Shown here: positions 40,409 through 53,233 of the stretch, piece after piece | How the letters are laid out: every line of letters begins with the position of its first letter | How positions within the stretch are numbered: the stretch's first letter is position 1 | Assembly: GCA_964016885.1 (NCBI GenBank) | Contig: OZ024741.1 | Coordinates: forward strand, 369,086,001-369,150,000 | DNA length: 64,000 bases | From: Eledone cirrhosa | Lineage: Eukaryota | Direction of reading: 5' to 3' | Program-made: the position numbers and the translations under genes | Notes under the pieces: model-generated | The model's input: the letters and a program-made list of their open reading frames with translations, nothing else | The model's database searches: none | Told to the model about the DNA's origin: nothing

Positions 40409-43400
40409 CGGCGGATAGTGCGCCCTGCGAAACATCATCCAACCGCCACTTTTTTATTGAGGACCTGCTATCAGGTAGAGCCTTTCTGGTGGACACAGGT
40501 GCAGTTTGTTCAATATGGCCTGTGTGTTGTATGAAGGAGACTCCCCCTGAGACACCTATTGAGTTGCAGGAAGTAAATTGTTCGCCGATTCGAACCTTCG
40601 GACAAATCTCGCTACCTTTGCAGTTCCGTAATCTGCGGCGCGAGTTTAAATGGATTTTTACTGTCGCTGCCTTGCCGTATCCGATTTTAGGCGCGGATTT
40701 TTTCCACCATTTTTCATTGACGGTGGACCTCCGTCGTAAGCGCCTAATTGATGGCATCACTGGTTTAACTGTTGTTGGCAAGGCAGCAGGAGTTCCAACG
40801 GTTAGCCCGACATTTTTCTTGCTAACACCGGCGATACTTACCATGCGTTGTTGAACTCGTTCCCGCAACTGACTCAGGGAAATTTTCGAGTTGATGAGCC
40901 AACTCATACCACGGAGCACTTCATAACTACAACTGGTGCTCCCGTTTTTTCTCGTCCTCGTCGCTTGCCTCCAGACAAACTCAAAGCAGCACGATCAGAG
41001 TTTGATCATATGCTGCAGTTGGGGATTATTCGTCCGTCCACGAGCCCGTGGGCATCCCCATTACACATGGTACCGAAAGCGACTGGCGATTGGAGACCTA
41101 CTGGAGATTATCGACGCTTAAATTCAATAACGGAACCGGACCGTTATCCTATCCCTCATCTGCAAGACTTTGCGTCTTCGTTGCAGGGATGCAAGATATT
41201 CTCCAAACTGGATTTAATTCGTGCATACCATCAAATTCCTGTCCATAAAAATGACATTCCAAAAACGGCTATAGTTACGCCATTTGGGTCATTTGAGTTT
41301 TTGACCATGCCGTTCGGATTAAGGAATACCGCTAGTACGTTTCAGCGGTTTATGGATGAGGTTACTCGTGGCCTCGATTTCGTCTATACATCTATTGACG
41401 ACCTGCTCATTGCTAGTTCTTCTCAAGAACAACATACGCACCATTTGAATCTTCTTTTCCGCCGATTGAAGGCGTATAACGTGCAGATTAATGCACCCAA
41501 ATGTGTTTTTGGTGCTGAGTCACTGACTTTGTTGGGTCACGTCATCGATGCTGACGGTATTCGACCCCGGCCTGAGCGAGTTAAGGTCATAGAGGATTTG
41601 CCTCCACCGACCTCACTACGTCAGTTACGCCAGTGATTAGGCCTGACCAACTTTTATAGGCGTTTCGTGCTAAATTGTGCAAGATTGCTTTTCTCCCTGA
41701 CAGAAATTTTAAAAAATTGTCGGAAGAAGAACAAAGACATTTCTTTAACCGAGACTCAACTTGCTGATTTTCAGCACGCCAAAACTGCTTTGGCTAATGC
41801 TTCTTTACTGGCTCACCCGTTACCCGGTGCAAAGCTAGCGCTTTGTGTTGATGCATCGGATATCGCTGTGGGCGCAGTGCTACAGCAAAACATCAATGGT
41901 TACCAGCAACCGCTGGAGTTTTTTTCCAGAAAAATGAAACCTGCTGAGACGTGCTACAGCACCTTTGGAAGGGAGCTTTTAGCCATCTATTTAGCCGTGA
42001 AACATTTTTCACATATGCTAGAGGGTAGACTATTTACTATCCTCACTGACCATAAACCATTGACTTTTGCATTGAGAGCGAAGGCTGATAAATACTCGCC
42101 CAGAGAGACGAGGCACCTTGATTTCATCTCACAATATACGAATGATATCCAACACATTCCGGGTTCACTGAATACAGCGGCCGATGCTTTGTCCCGTTTA
42201 CCCGTGACAGCGATATCGTCACCCTCTGACATAGATCTGACTCGTTTGGCTGCGGATCAGCCTCCCTTGAGTCATTGGATGTTACATCGCCTGAGTTTGC
42301 GAATTGCGAGATGAAATACTTGCCTCTGTCGACTGCAGTTGGCCAAATTCTCTGCGACGTCTCTTTGGACGTGCCTAGGCCCTTCGTTCCAGAGAATCAT
42401 CGTCGGACCGTGTTTCTGGCATTACATAGTTTCTCGCATCCAGGATCTTCTGCCACAGTTAAACTCATATCAGCTAGATTTTTCTGGCCAAATATGAGGC
42501 ATGAAATTGCTGCTTGGTGCCGTTCCTGCTTCGCTTGCCAGAAATCAAACATCCATCGACACGTCAAGGCTCCCCTGGGTACCTTTACTAACCCAGATGC
42601 GCGTTTTTCGCACATTCACATTGATATAGTGGGACCTTGGCCTGTCAGCGATGGTTATTCTTATCTGCTGACTATAATTGACCGTTTTTCGAGATGGCCT
42701 GAAGCCATCCCCTTGAAAAACATCACCGCTGAGACAACAGCGCGTGCTCTTGTGTCTGGATGGATCTCTCGTTATGGAGTTCCATCCACAGTAACTACCG
42801 ACCGTGGACGACAGTTCGAGTCGAGCCTTTTCCTCGAACTGTCAAAATTAATTGGTGCTAAACGCATCAGAACTACGGCGTACCATCCCGCTTCGAATGG
42901 TATGGTGGAGCGTTTTCACCGACAACTGAAGGCCTCCTTAATGGCCTCAATGGACTCGGCGCATTGGAGCGAGTACCTCCCTATTGTGCTATTGGGGATT
43001 CGGTCAACAGTGAAGGTCGACTTTGGATTTTCACCGACCGAAGTACTGTACGGTGCCCCTCTGACGTTGCCGGACAAATGCTTGCCCCTATCGATCTTGA
43101 TGCCCAAGATCACGCTTCCTACGTGTCCCGTTTGCACTCCTATTTCCAGGATTTGCCGCCAATGGACACATGGAAACAAACTGTCAAGACTGGTGTCCTG
43201 AGGGATGTTGCCTCATGGACGCATGTCTTTGTAAGGAAAGATTCTGTGAAGCCCCCGCTCACACAGCCTTACACTGGACCTTACCGTGTCTTAGCGCGCT
43301 CGGCTAAGCATTTCACTTTAGATATTAAAGGGTCCAGGGAGACAGTTACAATAGACAGGCTTAAGCAAGCACACCTGGACACGGACGCTGTGGTTCCTGA

Positions 43401-43563
43401 TCCACGAACCCCTTCGTATTTGCCTGTTGAGCGAACGCCTGTTCCTGAACCACCATCATCGCCTGTCCCTACACCACCACCATCGCCACGTTACAAGACC
43501 ACGATCCGTTCAGGTCGTAGGGTCCACAGGCCCAAAAAACTTTGCAGCACCGTCTATATTTAG
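40372..43563 (+). pseudogene. pol: Gypsy pol (protease, RT, RNase H, integrase) with frameshifts and a stop
   Basis: FLVDTGA; [29 protein letters not shown] (YxDD mutated); VDASD, RELLAI, TDHKPL, ADALSR; H-x3-H...C-x2-[26 protein letters not shown]. Confidence 0.95.
40384..40390 (+). promoter_or_regulatory. -1 ribosomal frameshift slippery site G GGA AAC at the gag/pol overlap
   Basis: The X XXY YYZ heptamer is in the gag frame (aag gga aac), and the pol ORF is in the -1 frame. Confidence 0.75.
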
Positions 43564-44359
43564 ACTGTGTTAGCTGCACCTTTTTTTTGCTTCTGTGTTT
43601 CTGCTTTTTCTTTGCCCTTTTTTTATGCATGCATGTTGTTTTTTAATATTTTTCAAATCCTTATTCTGGATTTAACGATTTGTAGAGCGAATAGCTCCCC
43701 CTTGTTGCATTGTTCGCCATCTTACTCCACGTGTGAGTAATAACATCGATTTTCGATGATTTTAAAATCTGGCAGGGGATACTGTAGTAAGACGCCTTAC
43801 GCCCCCTGTCGGATAATGGACCAGGCCTAGTTGTCTCCCCCTGGTTGAGAACACCTTTTAAGTAAGCAGCAGACAGCCATGGGAACAGCAGACAGCAAAC
43901 AGCAGACGGCCTCTGTACCACGAAACAATAGACAGCCACGCAGACAGCAAACAGCACACGGCCTTTGTAATTGTAATACGTTGCCTTCACTACAACTGGA
44001 TCACGTAAATATTGGTATGTTGGTTCATTTGTAATATAATAAACACATGATAGACAAAATAAACATCACCATTATTTAGATTGTTGAATATAACTCTCGT
44101 TGTGGTTATTGTCTTGTCTACGCACACACCCACTTACTTGTTATAATTCTATGGAGTACCTATCCTCTCAATTACAAAAATGGTAAATACACGAGGGACT
44201 TTCCCTCACGTCTATATTGATAAACTATCCAACTAGGATACATCATTACCACAAACTCTTCACACACAGCATTGCACGATAGATTAATTGATAATTATTA
44301 ATAATGTTATATCGCGCAATGGCCATACTCGATAGCGAAGGGGCAGCTATCATATCTAT

Positions 44360-44800
44360 CTATATATATAAAGTTGTATTCCTGTCTGTTTGTTTGTTCA
44401 CGAACTGCTCCTATCGTTTTGGAGATATATATATTCTGAAACTACATTGCCCAGGGTACATGAATAAGTATATTTTATTTGAATCAAAGGGTTACCCGGG
44501 GGCACAAACCTCCGCTGAAAATTCTTTCCCTTCGATTTATATGAAATTTAAACCATAGGTAAATGACAAGATATGATGCCTATTCACAAAAGTTTTGAAT
44601 ATTTTGAAAAAAATTATTTACAAGAAACAAAATAAAAATAAGATTTAATAATGTAATTTTGATTTGATATATTACAAAAAAATAATGTTTTCCAATTTTT
44701 CATGCATTACATTTTACATTGAGTAATATTGAAATGCAGAGTTTTTCTCCATAAATTATATCATTGATTTAAAATCAATCATCATTTTCTTACAAAAAAA
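44360..44800 (+). mobile_element. Possible non-autonomous Helitron-like fragment
   Basis: Starts TCTATATATATAAAGTTG...GTCTGTTTGTTTGTT, a pattern typical of the 5' end of animal non-autonomous Helitrons. No 3' CTAG end found. Confidence 0.35.
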
Positions 44801-44809
44801 AAATGTGTG

Positions 44810-46394
44810 AGTTGCTGAGATGCTGAAGGCATCAGGAGAAGTTGGCACTAAACTGGTTGCACGCATCATCAATCAGGCTATATATGGCGGTGTCATACCC
44901 AAAGACTGGTGCAGCAGTATTCTCATAAATTGCTACAAAGGTAAAGGGGATGCTCTGGAGAGGAGCAATTATAGGAGTATAAAACTGATAGATCAGGCTA
45001 TGAAAGTGGCAGAAAGGATATTAGAACAACTCATTAGAGAAAGGATCAAACTAGATGAAATGGAGTTTGGTTTTGTGTCTGGGAAAAGTACAACAGATGC
45101 CCTCTTCTTGGTGAGACAATTACAAGAGAGGTTCTTAGAGAAGAATGAGCCACTATACTTAGCTTTTGTTCACCTAGAGAAGGCCTTTGATAGGGTACCC
45201 CGATCTGTCATCTGGTGGTCCCTAAGGAAACTAGGTGTTGAGGAATGGCTTGTGAGGACAGTACACACTTTGTACAGAGGTGCTGTCAGTAAAGTCAGGG
45301 TAGGAATGGAGTTTAGTGAGGAATTCCAGATACAAGTAGGAGTACATCAAGATTCGGTCCTCAGCCCACTCTTGTTCATTATAGTCCTCCAAGCCATAAC
45401 AGAGGAGTTTAAGACTGGCTGTCCATTGCAACTTCTCTATGCTGACGATCTGGTTCTTATAGCAGAATCAGTAGAGGAGCTAGAGAATAAATTCTGGCTA
45501 TGGAAACAGCAGTTGGAATCAAGAGGACTGAGAGTGAACCTAGCTAAGACAAAAGTGTTGATGAGTAGAAAAGAGGACAAAACTCTGATTCCGTCAGGCA
45601 AATGGCCATGTTCGATATGCAGAAAAAGAACTGGCATAAATTTTATAAAATGCACACAATGCAGATCTTGGGTACACAAGAGATGTAGTGGGATAGCAGG
45701 CAAACTAACAGGTAGGGAGAAATATGTATGCAGTAGATGTACAGGGAAATTTGATAGTAGAAGTCGCATTGATAGACATATTTTTCAAATGCAGGTGGGT
45801 GCTATAGAAGCTTCTAGGTACCTCGGAGATCAGATTAGCATGGGAGGGGGTGTTCCGAGGCCATAGTATCTAGAATAAGGACGGGTTGGAAGAAGTTTAG
45901 GGAGCTGCTTCCTCTGCTGACGAAGAAGGGTTTCTCCCTGCGTACGAAAGGCCGGTTATATGTAGCCTGTGTGATGAGCGCGATATTGCATGGTAGTGAG
46001 ACTTGGGCAGCAACTGCAGAGGATATGCAACGCCTGGAGAGAAATGAGACAAGCATGCTCCGTTGGATGTGCAATGTCAATGTGCGTGAATGACCCAGCA
46101 TGGATGTGTTGAGAGAGAAACTGTGTCTGAGAGGGATAGAATGTAGTGTACGGAGAGGAGACTGCGATGGTATGGACATGTGATGCGCATGGAGGATGAC
46201 CGATGGGTGAAGAAGTGCCAGGAAATGTCAGTTGAAGGAAGACGTGGTAGAGGCAGAGGTGGTGAGAACAGACCTCAGATTGCTGAAGCTCGCGGTGGAG
46301 ATGACGAAGGACCGTGACAAGTGGAGAGATGCTGTGCTGAATAAGATCCGTCCCACCCTTGCAAGCAGGGAAAAGCGGACGTAAAATGATGATG
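44810..46394 (+). mobile_element. RTE-clade LINE, 5'-truncated
   Basis: ORF 44820-45866 with LEKAFD, VHQDSVLSP, LLYADD and a PHD-like finger; terminus AAGCAGGGAAAAGCGGACGTAAAA(TGA)n. Confidence 0.93.
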
Positions 46395-46895
46395 ATATAT
46401 ATATATATGAAGTATTTCTGTAGAAAAGGTAAAGGAAAGAAGAGTGCTCATATATTTTTATATTTTTATAATTTATTTTTTATTATTTTAAAATTTTTAA
46501 TTTTTAACTCTTGCCTGTCTGGTCATATGTATACATGTAATCATTTCAATATCCCGGCTTTGGAATATATATTTTTGGGGGCTTTATTTATGTATATGAA
46601 CGTCATATATGTGTGTGAGGACTTACATACTTATATAAGTGTGCCTATGTGTGTGTGTATGTATGCTTACACATATATATATATATTTATCCGCTAACCT
46701 TACGTTCTGCATCTGTGTGTATATGTTTTTTCCCATTATTTTATTTTATTTCAGCCTTGCTTTCAATTATAATACATTTTGTTTTAATTTCATATCTTAC
46801 ATCCATATTAAATTTTCCTTTTTGATAAACGACTTCGGATGCCTCTATTGAGGTAAATTGGGTAAATGGAATAATGGTATTGTGTTCTTTATTAC

Positions 46896-46932
<37 letters not shown>

Positions 46933-47018
46933 CACATATACATATATATATACATATACACACACATACACATACATATATATATATACATGCACACATA
47001 TACACATATATACATATT

Positions 47019-47053
<35 letters not shown>

Positions 47054-47188
47054 AGTAGAATGGATATTTAATTTGTTGGAAATCCAACAAATATAAATGT
47101 TTATAACTGATTCAGAGCACTCGACAGTTTCTGGAGTAAATATTCAATGATATTAAATAAATGGAAACTATATTTATAAAACCATATT

Positions 47189-47249
47189 TATTCTATTATA
47201 TATATTTCAAGGGTACCAAAATTTTGGTACGCTATCATCAGATAAAATA
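47189..47249 (-). ncRNA. Minimal type-I hammerhead motif (HH2)
   Basis: Minus strand reads TATTTTAT CTGATGA T-AGCGTACCAAAATTTTGGTACCCT-T GAAA TATATA TA ATAGAATA; stem III is the palindrome ATATATAT. Confidence 0.8.
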
Positions 47250-47591
47250 CAAAATGTTTTATAAATATTTGACATAACCAAGGATAATATACCTTAATGG
47301 TTCAAGTTATCCCTGGAAAGTGAAGGGAAGAGAAAAAGACCAAATATTTAAAATTAATTTGAGGAAAAAGATTTGATAATCTATATAGCTTCGTTAAATT
47401 AACAATACTCTAAAACATTCTCAATGTTGAACAAAATTTTTGAATCCACAAATTATTCTATTCTCACAACTTGAAAATACAATTTCAACACCTTCGTAAC
47501 TCATATTTGATATATAAACAATCAATACATACGCAATATATTAATATATATAAATAGATATTTATATACATATAACCTATCCTAATATAAT

Positions 47592-47776
47592 TGTTTCTAC
47601 TTTTGGCACAAGGCCAGCAATTACCCAGTGCATTACTGGTACTTTATTTTATCGACCCCCGTAAGGATGGAAGGCAAAATTAACCTCAGCAGGATTTGAA
47701 CCCAGACCGTAAAGGGACGTAACTATGCTGGAAAGCATGGTGTCCAACCCCCTACCGATACTGCCAATTCACCGCC
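47592..47776 (-). mobile_element. SINE family A with 11-bp TSD
   Basis: CCTAATATAAT at 47581-47591 and 47777-47787 flanks the SINE consensus. Confidence 0.9.
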
Positions 47777-48124
47777 CCTAATATAATAAGATAAAAATAC
47801 TTACAACCATAATTCTTCATATAATCTAATTGATTATATATACAATATTATAACTCATAATATAGGTAACAAATCTTTTTCCCCAAATTAACGTTATTCC
47901 TTTCTCTTCCTTCCTACGCATACAATAACTTATCATAATTATTTAAATTTTCCATAGCGTTTAAAATAACGTTTTTTTCAGCCCTTTTACATAAACCTCA
48001 TTTGCATACTCATATTAATAATTTTAAATATTTGGTCTTTTTCTCTTCCCTTCACTTTCCAAGGATACTTGAACCATTATGGTATATTATCCTTGGTTAT
48101 GTCAAATATTTATAAAACATTTTG

Positions 48125-48185
48125 TATTTTATCTGATGATAGCATACCAAAATTTTGGTACCCTTGAAATATTTATAATAGAATA
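48125..48185 (+). ncRNA. Minimal type-I hammerhead motif (HH3)
   Basis: TATTTTAT CTGATGA T-AGCATACCAAAATTTTGGTACCCT-T GAAA TATTTA TA ATAGAATA. Confidence 0.75.
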
Positions 48186-48210
48186 AATATAGTTTCCATT
48201 TATTTAATAT

Positions 48211-48267
<57 letters not shown>

Positions 48268-48274
<7 letters not shown>

Positions 48275-49930
48275 TGAACCAATCTAAAGAATATGCAAGA
48301 GGAACAAGAAGATGCACACTCTGCATAAGTGAAAAATATTGGATTTTACAAAACCTTAAATCACCAAAAACCTGCCTAAATACAAAAACGGAAATTTTCA
48401 CCAGTTGCCCACACATGAAATCACACTTGCTTTCCAGCTCATATAAACTAACTCACTTTAAGATACTTATCCTCCATAAACTCTTATTCTTCACTTTCCT
48501 TAAATTATTCTCTTTACAGACTTCTCTTTCTGATTTACTTTCATTTTTAACTTTATTTTTAATTTTATTTTTATTTTTACTTCACATCCACCAGTACCCC
48601 CCTCCTACTCTTCGATTCACTTACCTAATAACTTCACATTCCACATGTTACTTCCCCATTTTCTTTCACTACCTGATTTCACTTGTCACTTGCGTTTTCC
48701 ACTCCAGATACATTCTGTTGTTTCGCAGCAGTTTTTATATTAGTACTCATTTATTCATAAGGCTGCTTTTTACTCTGTATCTATATGTCTGAGTGTGTTT
48801 ATGTGTGTATACGTTCTGTATATGTATACGAGCGCCTCTGTATGTGTGCGTGCGTACGTGTATATATATGTGTGTGTATGTGTGTTTTTATATCTATGTT
48901 TTTACATCTATGTTTTTTACATTCTTATTTTTTACGTGTGTGCGTAAGCGGGTGAATGTACGTGAATGTGTATGTATGTATGTATATATGTATACGTATG
49001 TATGGGTGTGTATGTGTGTGTGTATATGAAATTATAGTCGCGTGCGTACGTGTGATTAGATATACATGGGGTGAGATATATATATATATATATATACACG
49101 TGCCTCATGTGTATGTATGTACGCATACATGCGCTTTTGTCTGTACGTATTTGTGTGTATAAATATTTTTATAGATATATGTTATTTATAGATATATGTG
49201 TATGTACGTGTGTCCCTATGTTTGTTTTCTTTTCTCTAGTGTTAATTGATTACTTTCTCTTTCATTAAAAAATTTGTTTCATTCTCATACACTGTTTCAT
49301 TTTTATACATATATCGAGAATTACACTTCTTTTCACTATTACACTCCCTTCCCTCTTTATCTTCCGCATATAAGTGACCGCGTGTGTGTGTGTGTTTATA
49401 CGCGTGCTTTCATACTTGTATGTGTATTTAATACCTGTATCTAGATGCGTGTCAACTATATCATCATCTTCTCTTTCAACTCATATTATATCCGTATTTG
49501 TGGTCACATATACACAAATATACTTGCCCTCATATATGTACTTACGCACACATTTTCACCATACACATGCATTTATACATACACACATATGTACATTTGT
49601 GAGTGTATATACATACATATACACATACCTAACTATATTTCCTTATATTTTTTGTATATTTTTCTATATGTTTTAATATATCTCTTGCATTACTTTTATT
49701 TATATATTTTTTGCAATTCTTGAGGAGACTTTCCAAATATTTCACTATGTTTTATATTACCTTGTCCGACGAACGAATGAGGACGTTTTTTTCGTATTCA
49801 TCTTATTCGGGAAACCTCTGGTAATGAGGTAATTATATTGTATTGTTTATTATACATTAAATTTTGCTCTGGTACTTACATAGAGCACTCTTCACTCCTA
49901 TGACTTTTTCAATTTTCAACGGAAACTTCA
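48268..49930 (+). mobile_element. Penelope-like element 3' remnant: endonuclease C-terminus, microsatellite-rich UTR and hammerhead
   Basis: YARGTRRCTLCISEKYWIL...LNTKTEIFTSCPH resembles the CxLCxxEK...LNxxxE...CxH tail that follows the GIY-YIG domain in some invertebrate PLEs (from recall). HH4 lies downstream on the same strand. Confidence 0.65.
49756..49833 (+). ncRNA. Type-I hammerhead motif with CCGACGA core variant (HH4)
   Basis: Stem I ATTACCTTGT/ATGAGGTAAT (10 bp, 2 G-U); CCGACGA; stem II CGAATGAG/CTTATTCG; GAAA; stem III ACC-TCT-GGT; GUA site. Confidence 0.75.
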
Positions 49931-50277
49931 ATACTTATATATATATATATATATATATATAAATCCTGCCTGTAATCATTTAATCTTCTATTTAGCACTC
50001 TCTCTCTCTTTTGTTTTTTTTCTATAACACGGATATTTACATATTTAAATATTTAACATTTATATACTTATGTGTTTTTTTAATTTATTTATTTATTCTA
50101 TACTTTCTCCTACTCACCCACTCCTAATACTTATTTCTCACTACTTACCCCTCTCCATCATATTTAGTTTGTCACACTTTTACTTGTGGTATATAAATAT
50201 TGAGTTTTGTTGTAATAAATCACTGCCAAGACTGGAATTGAACCATCAAGATAGTTGAGGTATGTCATACATCAATT

Positions 50278-50349
50278 TATGTATTTTATCTGATGAGGAA
50301 GTACTGAAAAAACAGCACAGTACCTCCGAAATGTATATAATAAAACATA
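50278..50349 (+). ncRNA. Minimal type-I hammerhead motif (HH5)
   Basis: TTTTAT CTGATGA GGAAGTACTG...CAGTACCTCC GAAA TGTATA TA ATAAAA; flanks are homologous to those of HH8/HH9. Confidence 0.8.
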
Positions 50350-51120
50350 TATTTTGATTATGTGAATGTATCCATTTATTAATATTTTGAATAATATTAA
50401 TAACTCCAGAAAACTTCTTTGTTGAGTGCTTTTAATCTATTGTACAACTATATTCATTGAATAATCAATGAACCTTGTTTAATATTTGGTTATATATATA
50501 TACATATTTATAATAATGATACTATTTATAGTTATGTATATACTATAAACAACTATAAACAGGAAAGGTCAGTAATTTCTTACTACCTTATTACCAGTAA
50601 GAGAAATACCTCAATGTAAGAACATCAGGTGTTTTACAGAGCAGGAATATAAAAGACAATAACTTTGATTTTCTCAACACACACAAATTTGAACACTATC
50701 ACCACATTACATCCGCCATGAATTTTTAATACACTAACACATTTGCTTGGCATTTTATGTGATACCTTTGCCATACAGTATTTATTTATTTATTTATATA
50801 TGCCTAATACCTTTGCTTGTTTCCTGCTCATATATATGACTAACGCATGTGCATTTTTTACACGCTTGCATATGTACTGCTGGTGTCCTCATTCTTTCTC
50901 AATACCTCTTTAATTATTAGACTATCCTCTTGTATATTCTGTTGCATGTATGCCACTCTGTGCTTTTCATTTTAATTTGAATTATTGTACAATTCTAGTA
51001 TAATATATGTCGCATCCATTCCACCCTGTAAATACTAAACTGTTGTTCAGAACATCAATATATATGTATCTATATGATTGTTCAGTTGAATAGAAGGTTA
51101 ATTATATGTACAAACATTGA

Positions 51121-51174
51121 TAATGCTCCGACGATTCCAAACGAAAGTTTGGAAGAAACGATTGTCAGCAATTA
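51121..51174 (+). ncRNA. Minimal type-I hammerhead motif with CCGACGA core (HH6)
   Basis: TGCT CCGACGA TTCCAAAC-GAAA-GTTTGGAA GAAA CGATTG TC AGCA: perfect 8-bp stem II with a GNRA loop, near-palindromic stem III and a GUC site. Confidence 0.8.
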
Positions 51175-51206
51175 AATGATTTGAGCATAACTTTGATAAT
51201 TGTGTA

Positions 51207-51237
<31 letters not shown>

Positions 51238-51246
51238 GGTATGTTT

Positions 51247-52093
51247 TATATTATATGTGTATCCCGGGTTCAATCGGAGGTAACCACAGTAGGTAAGGTA
51301 CTCAATACATAGCAGAGTATAAATATTTAATATAGAAATGGCTTCTACAGGACTAGAACAGTTTCATCAAAGGAAATAATAAGGAAAGCCGACTGTCAAT
51401 GTAATATGGTGGTATTTATACATTTTCTGGTGGCAGGGGAGGGTGGTGATTGGGATGGGTGGAGGTCATTGACTGATGGATTTAAAGAATGAGGATTCTT
51501 TGAAAAATCTATATTTAGAGAAAAATACATAGTGATACAAACCCATACACCTTGACAGGCACTCCTAATTTTCAAGGTTCATTTATTCTAAGCAAACAAA
51601 GGGTTTTCATTAAGTGGCAATATTAAAATGCTCTGCTAAAGGATGGTAAGGTCTGCAAAAATGGTGAGGTGTCTACAATTACACACGCACACACATTTTT
51701 TTTTTCTTCAAGGTTCAATTATGTTAAGCAGACAAAAGGATTTTCTTTAAGTGGCTGTATTAACACACTGTTAAAGTCTATAAAATGGTTAGGTCTTTAC
51801 AATCAGACACAGACACACACGTGCACCCCCCCCCCACCACATGTGTACATATACATACATGATGGCTTCAAACTCACGTTCAAACATTGCCATCGCCCGA
51901 TAAAATGCTAAAAAGATATGGGGCATGAATGTGGCTCTTTAAATAAAACAAAGATTTGCACCCTCTGGCATATACATGGCAACTGTAGGCTCTTCTGGTA
52001 CGTTTCATTGCTTTGTTCTGGCTGTGTGTTCTCATGTGTCTTTTATTTAACACACACACACACACACATATATACATATATATACATATGTAT
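51247..52093. repeat. Left arm of a long inverted repeat (partner 58621-59424)
   Basis: ATATGTGTATCCCGGGTTCAATCGGAGG... is the reverse complement of ...CCTCCGATTGAACCCGGGATACACATAT; homology continues for ~800 bp. Confidence 0.92.
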
Positions 52094-52234
52094 ACATATA
52101 AAAAATATGGATGAGAAGAGGGCTGTGTGGTTACTGATAACAGGTGTTAGAAAGTAAGGGGACACAAACAAGAAGTGGACAGTCTCCCTTCGTCAGTAGT
52201 TAACTAAGGGTCACAGATGTTTCGGCGCATTATA

Positions 52235-53021
52235 AACTCTACTGTGTTCTCTACTTACCCCATCCCGCCATACTTTCCAAGACTGCTTTTTGGCCTTGAT
52301 TGTCTCCTCCACCTTACTGTTCCACCATCAAGTTACTCTCCTCCGGCCTGAAGGTCCTCTCCAGCCACATAGATCATCTGTTGCCTTCAGCAGGTTAACT
52401 TTGAGGAATTTCCGCTGTTCCTCTATACTTTACGTCTCTAATTGCTCTTCCTTGCTGTCAAAGGCATCAAGTAATATGCTTTTAAATTTGTTACTGGCTG
52501 TGGGGTCCTTCAACTTCCATATTCTTCTCCTTAAGTTAGTCCTCCTCTGTTGGCAAGTACATCTAGTCCTGACTATGAGGTCACTAACTATTAGGCTATG
52601 TTGGGAGGTACATTCTTCATGAGGGAGGGACTTAGTGTTTACAACAGACACTCTGTCACGTCTTCTAGTAAGGATATAATCTATCTGGCTAGCGTGTTCC
52701 CATGTTCTATAGGTGATCAAGTGATTGTCTCGTCTTTTGAAGTTTGTGTTACAGATAGTTAGGTTATTAGCGTCACAGAATTCCAGGATCCTGAAGCCTT
52801 CCTCATTTCTAGTACCAAACCCATAGCCTCCATGGATTCCATCATACCCACCACAATGTTGTCCAACATGACTAGGTTGCCAGCAATAATTATGTAGTCA
52901 CTGTCAGTTATTTGGGCATTAGTGACTCATAGAACCTATCTTTTATAACGTCAAGTAGACCATATTTGGATGCGTAAGCAGATATTATTTGTCACAGTTG
53001 TTCTATTTAGAACTAGTCTTA

Positions 53022-53028
<7 letters not shown>
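52235..53028 (-). mobile_element. RTE LINE endonuclease-region fragment
   Basis: ITYR...SQIDYIL...TSQHSLIVSD...IWKLKDP, homologous to 62709-63095. Confidence 0.88.
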
Positions 53029-53066
<38 letters not shown>

Positions 53067-53233
53067 TAGACATGAAAAATGCGCAAGCTCAAAAGAGCCA
53101 CAGAATATTATAATAAACATTCAAAAGTGTGGGACTAGTGTTGTTACTCAAAAATATTGTAATCATTATCTATCGTACATTCTGTGGCCTCCTTTATAAA
53201 AATATCACAATAAATACATCTATGTTTAATAAT

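Larger units (their letters stand above)
38327..44253 (+). mobile_element. Ty3/Gypsy LTR retrotransposon, CsRn1/Kabuki lineage, full-length but disabled
   Basis: LTRs TG...CA at 38327-38974 and 43783-44253. PBS TGGTAACCCCGAC (tRNA-Trp-like) at 38976. PPT GGCAGGGGA at 43771. CHCC Gag motif; PR-RT-RH-IN order. Confidence 0.96.
47145..48215. repeat. Inverted repeat, arms ~47145-47356 and ~48019-48215, each carrying a hammerhead
   Basis: The arms are reverse complements with a few mismatches and indels, around an AT-rich spacer that contains a SINE. Confidence 0.9.

Noticed and set aside
46359-49723. Numerous short Y/I/C/V/M-rich ORFs (also at 37600-37900 and 57500-59600)
   Set aside because: Translations of (TA)n/(TG)n microsatellites.
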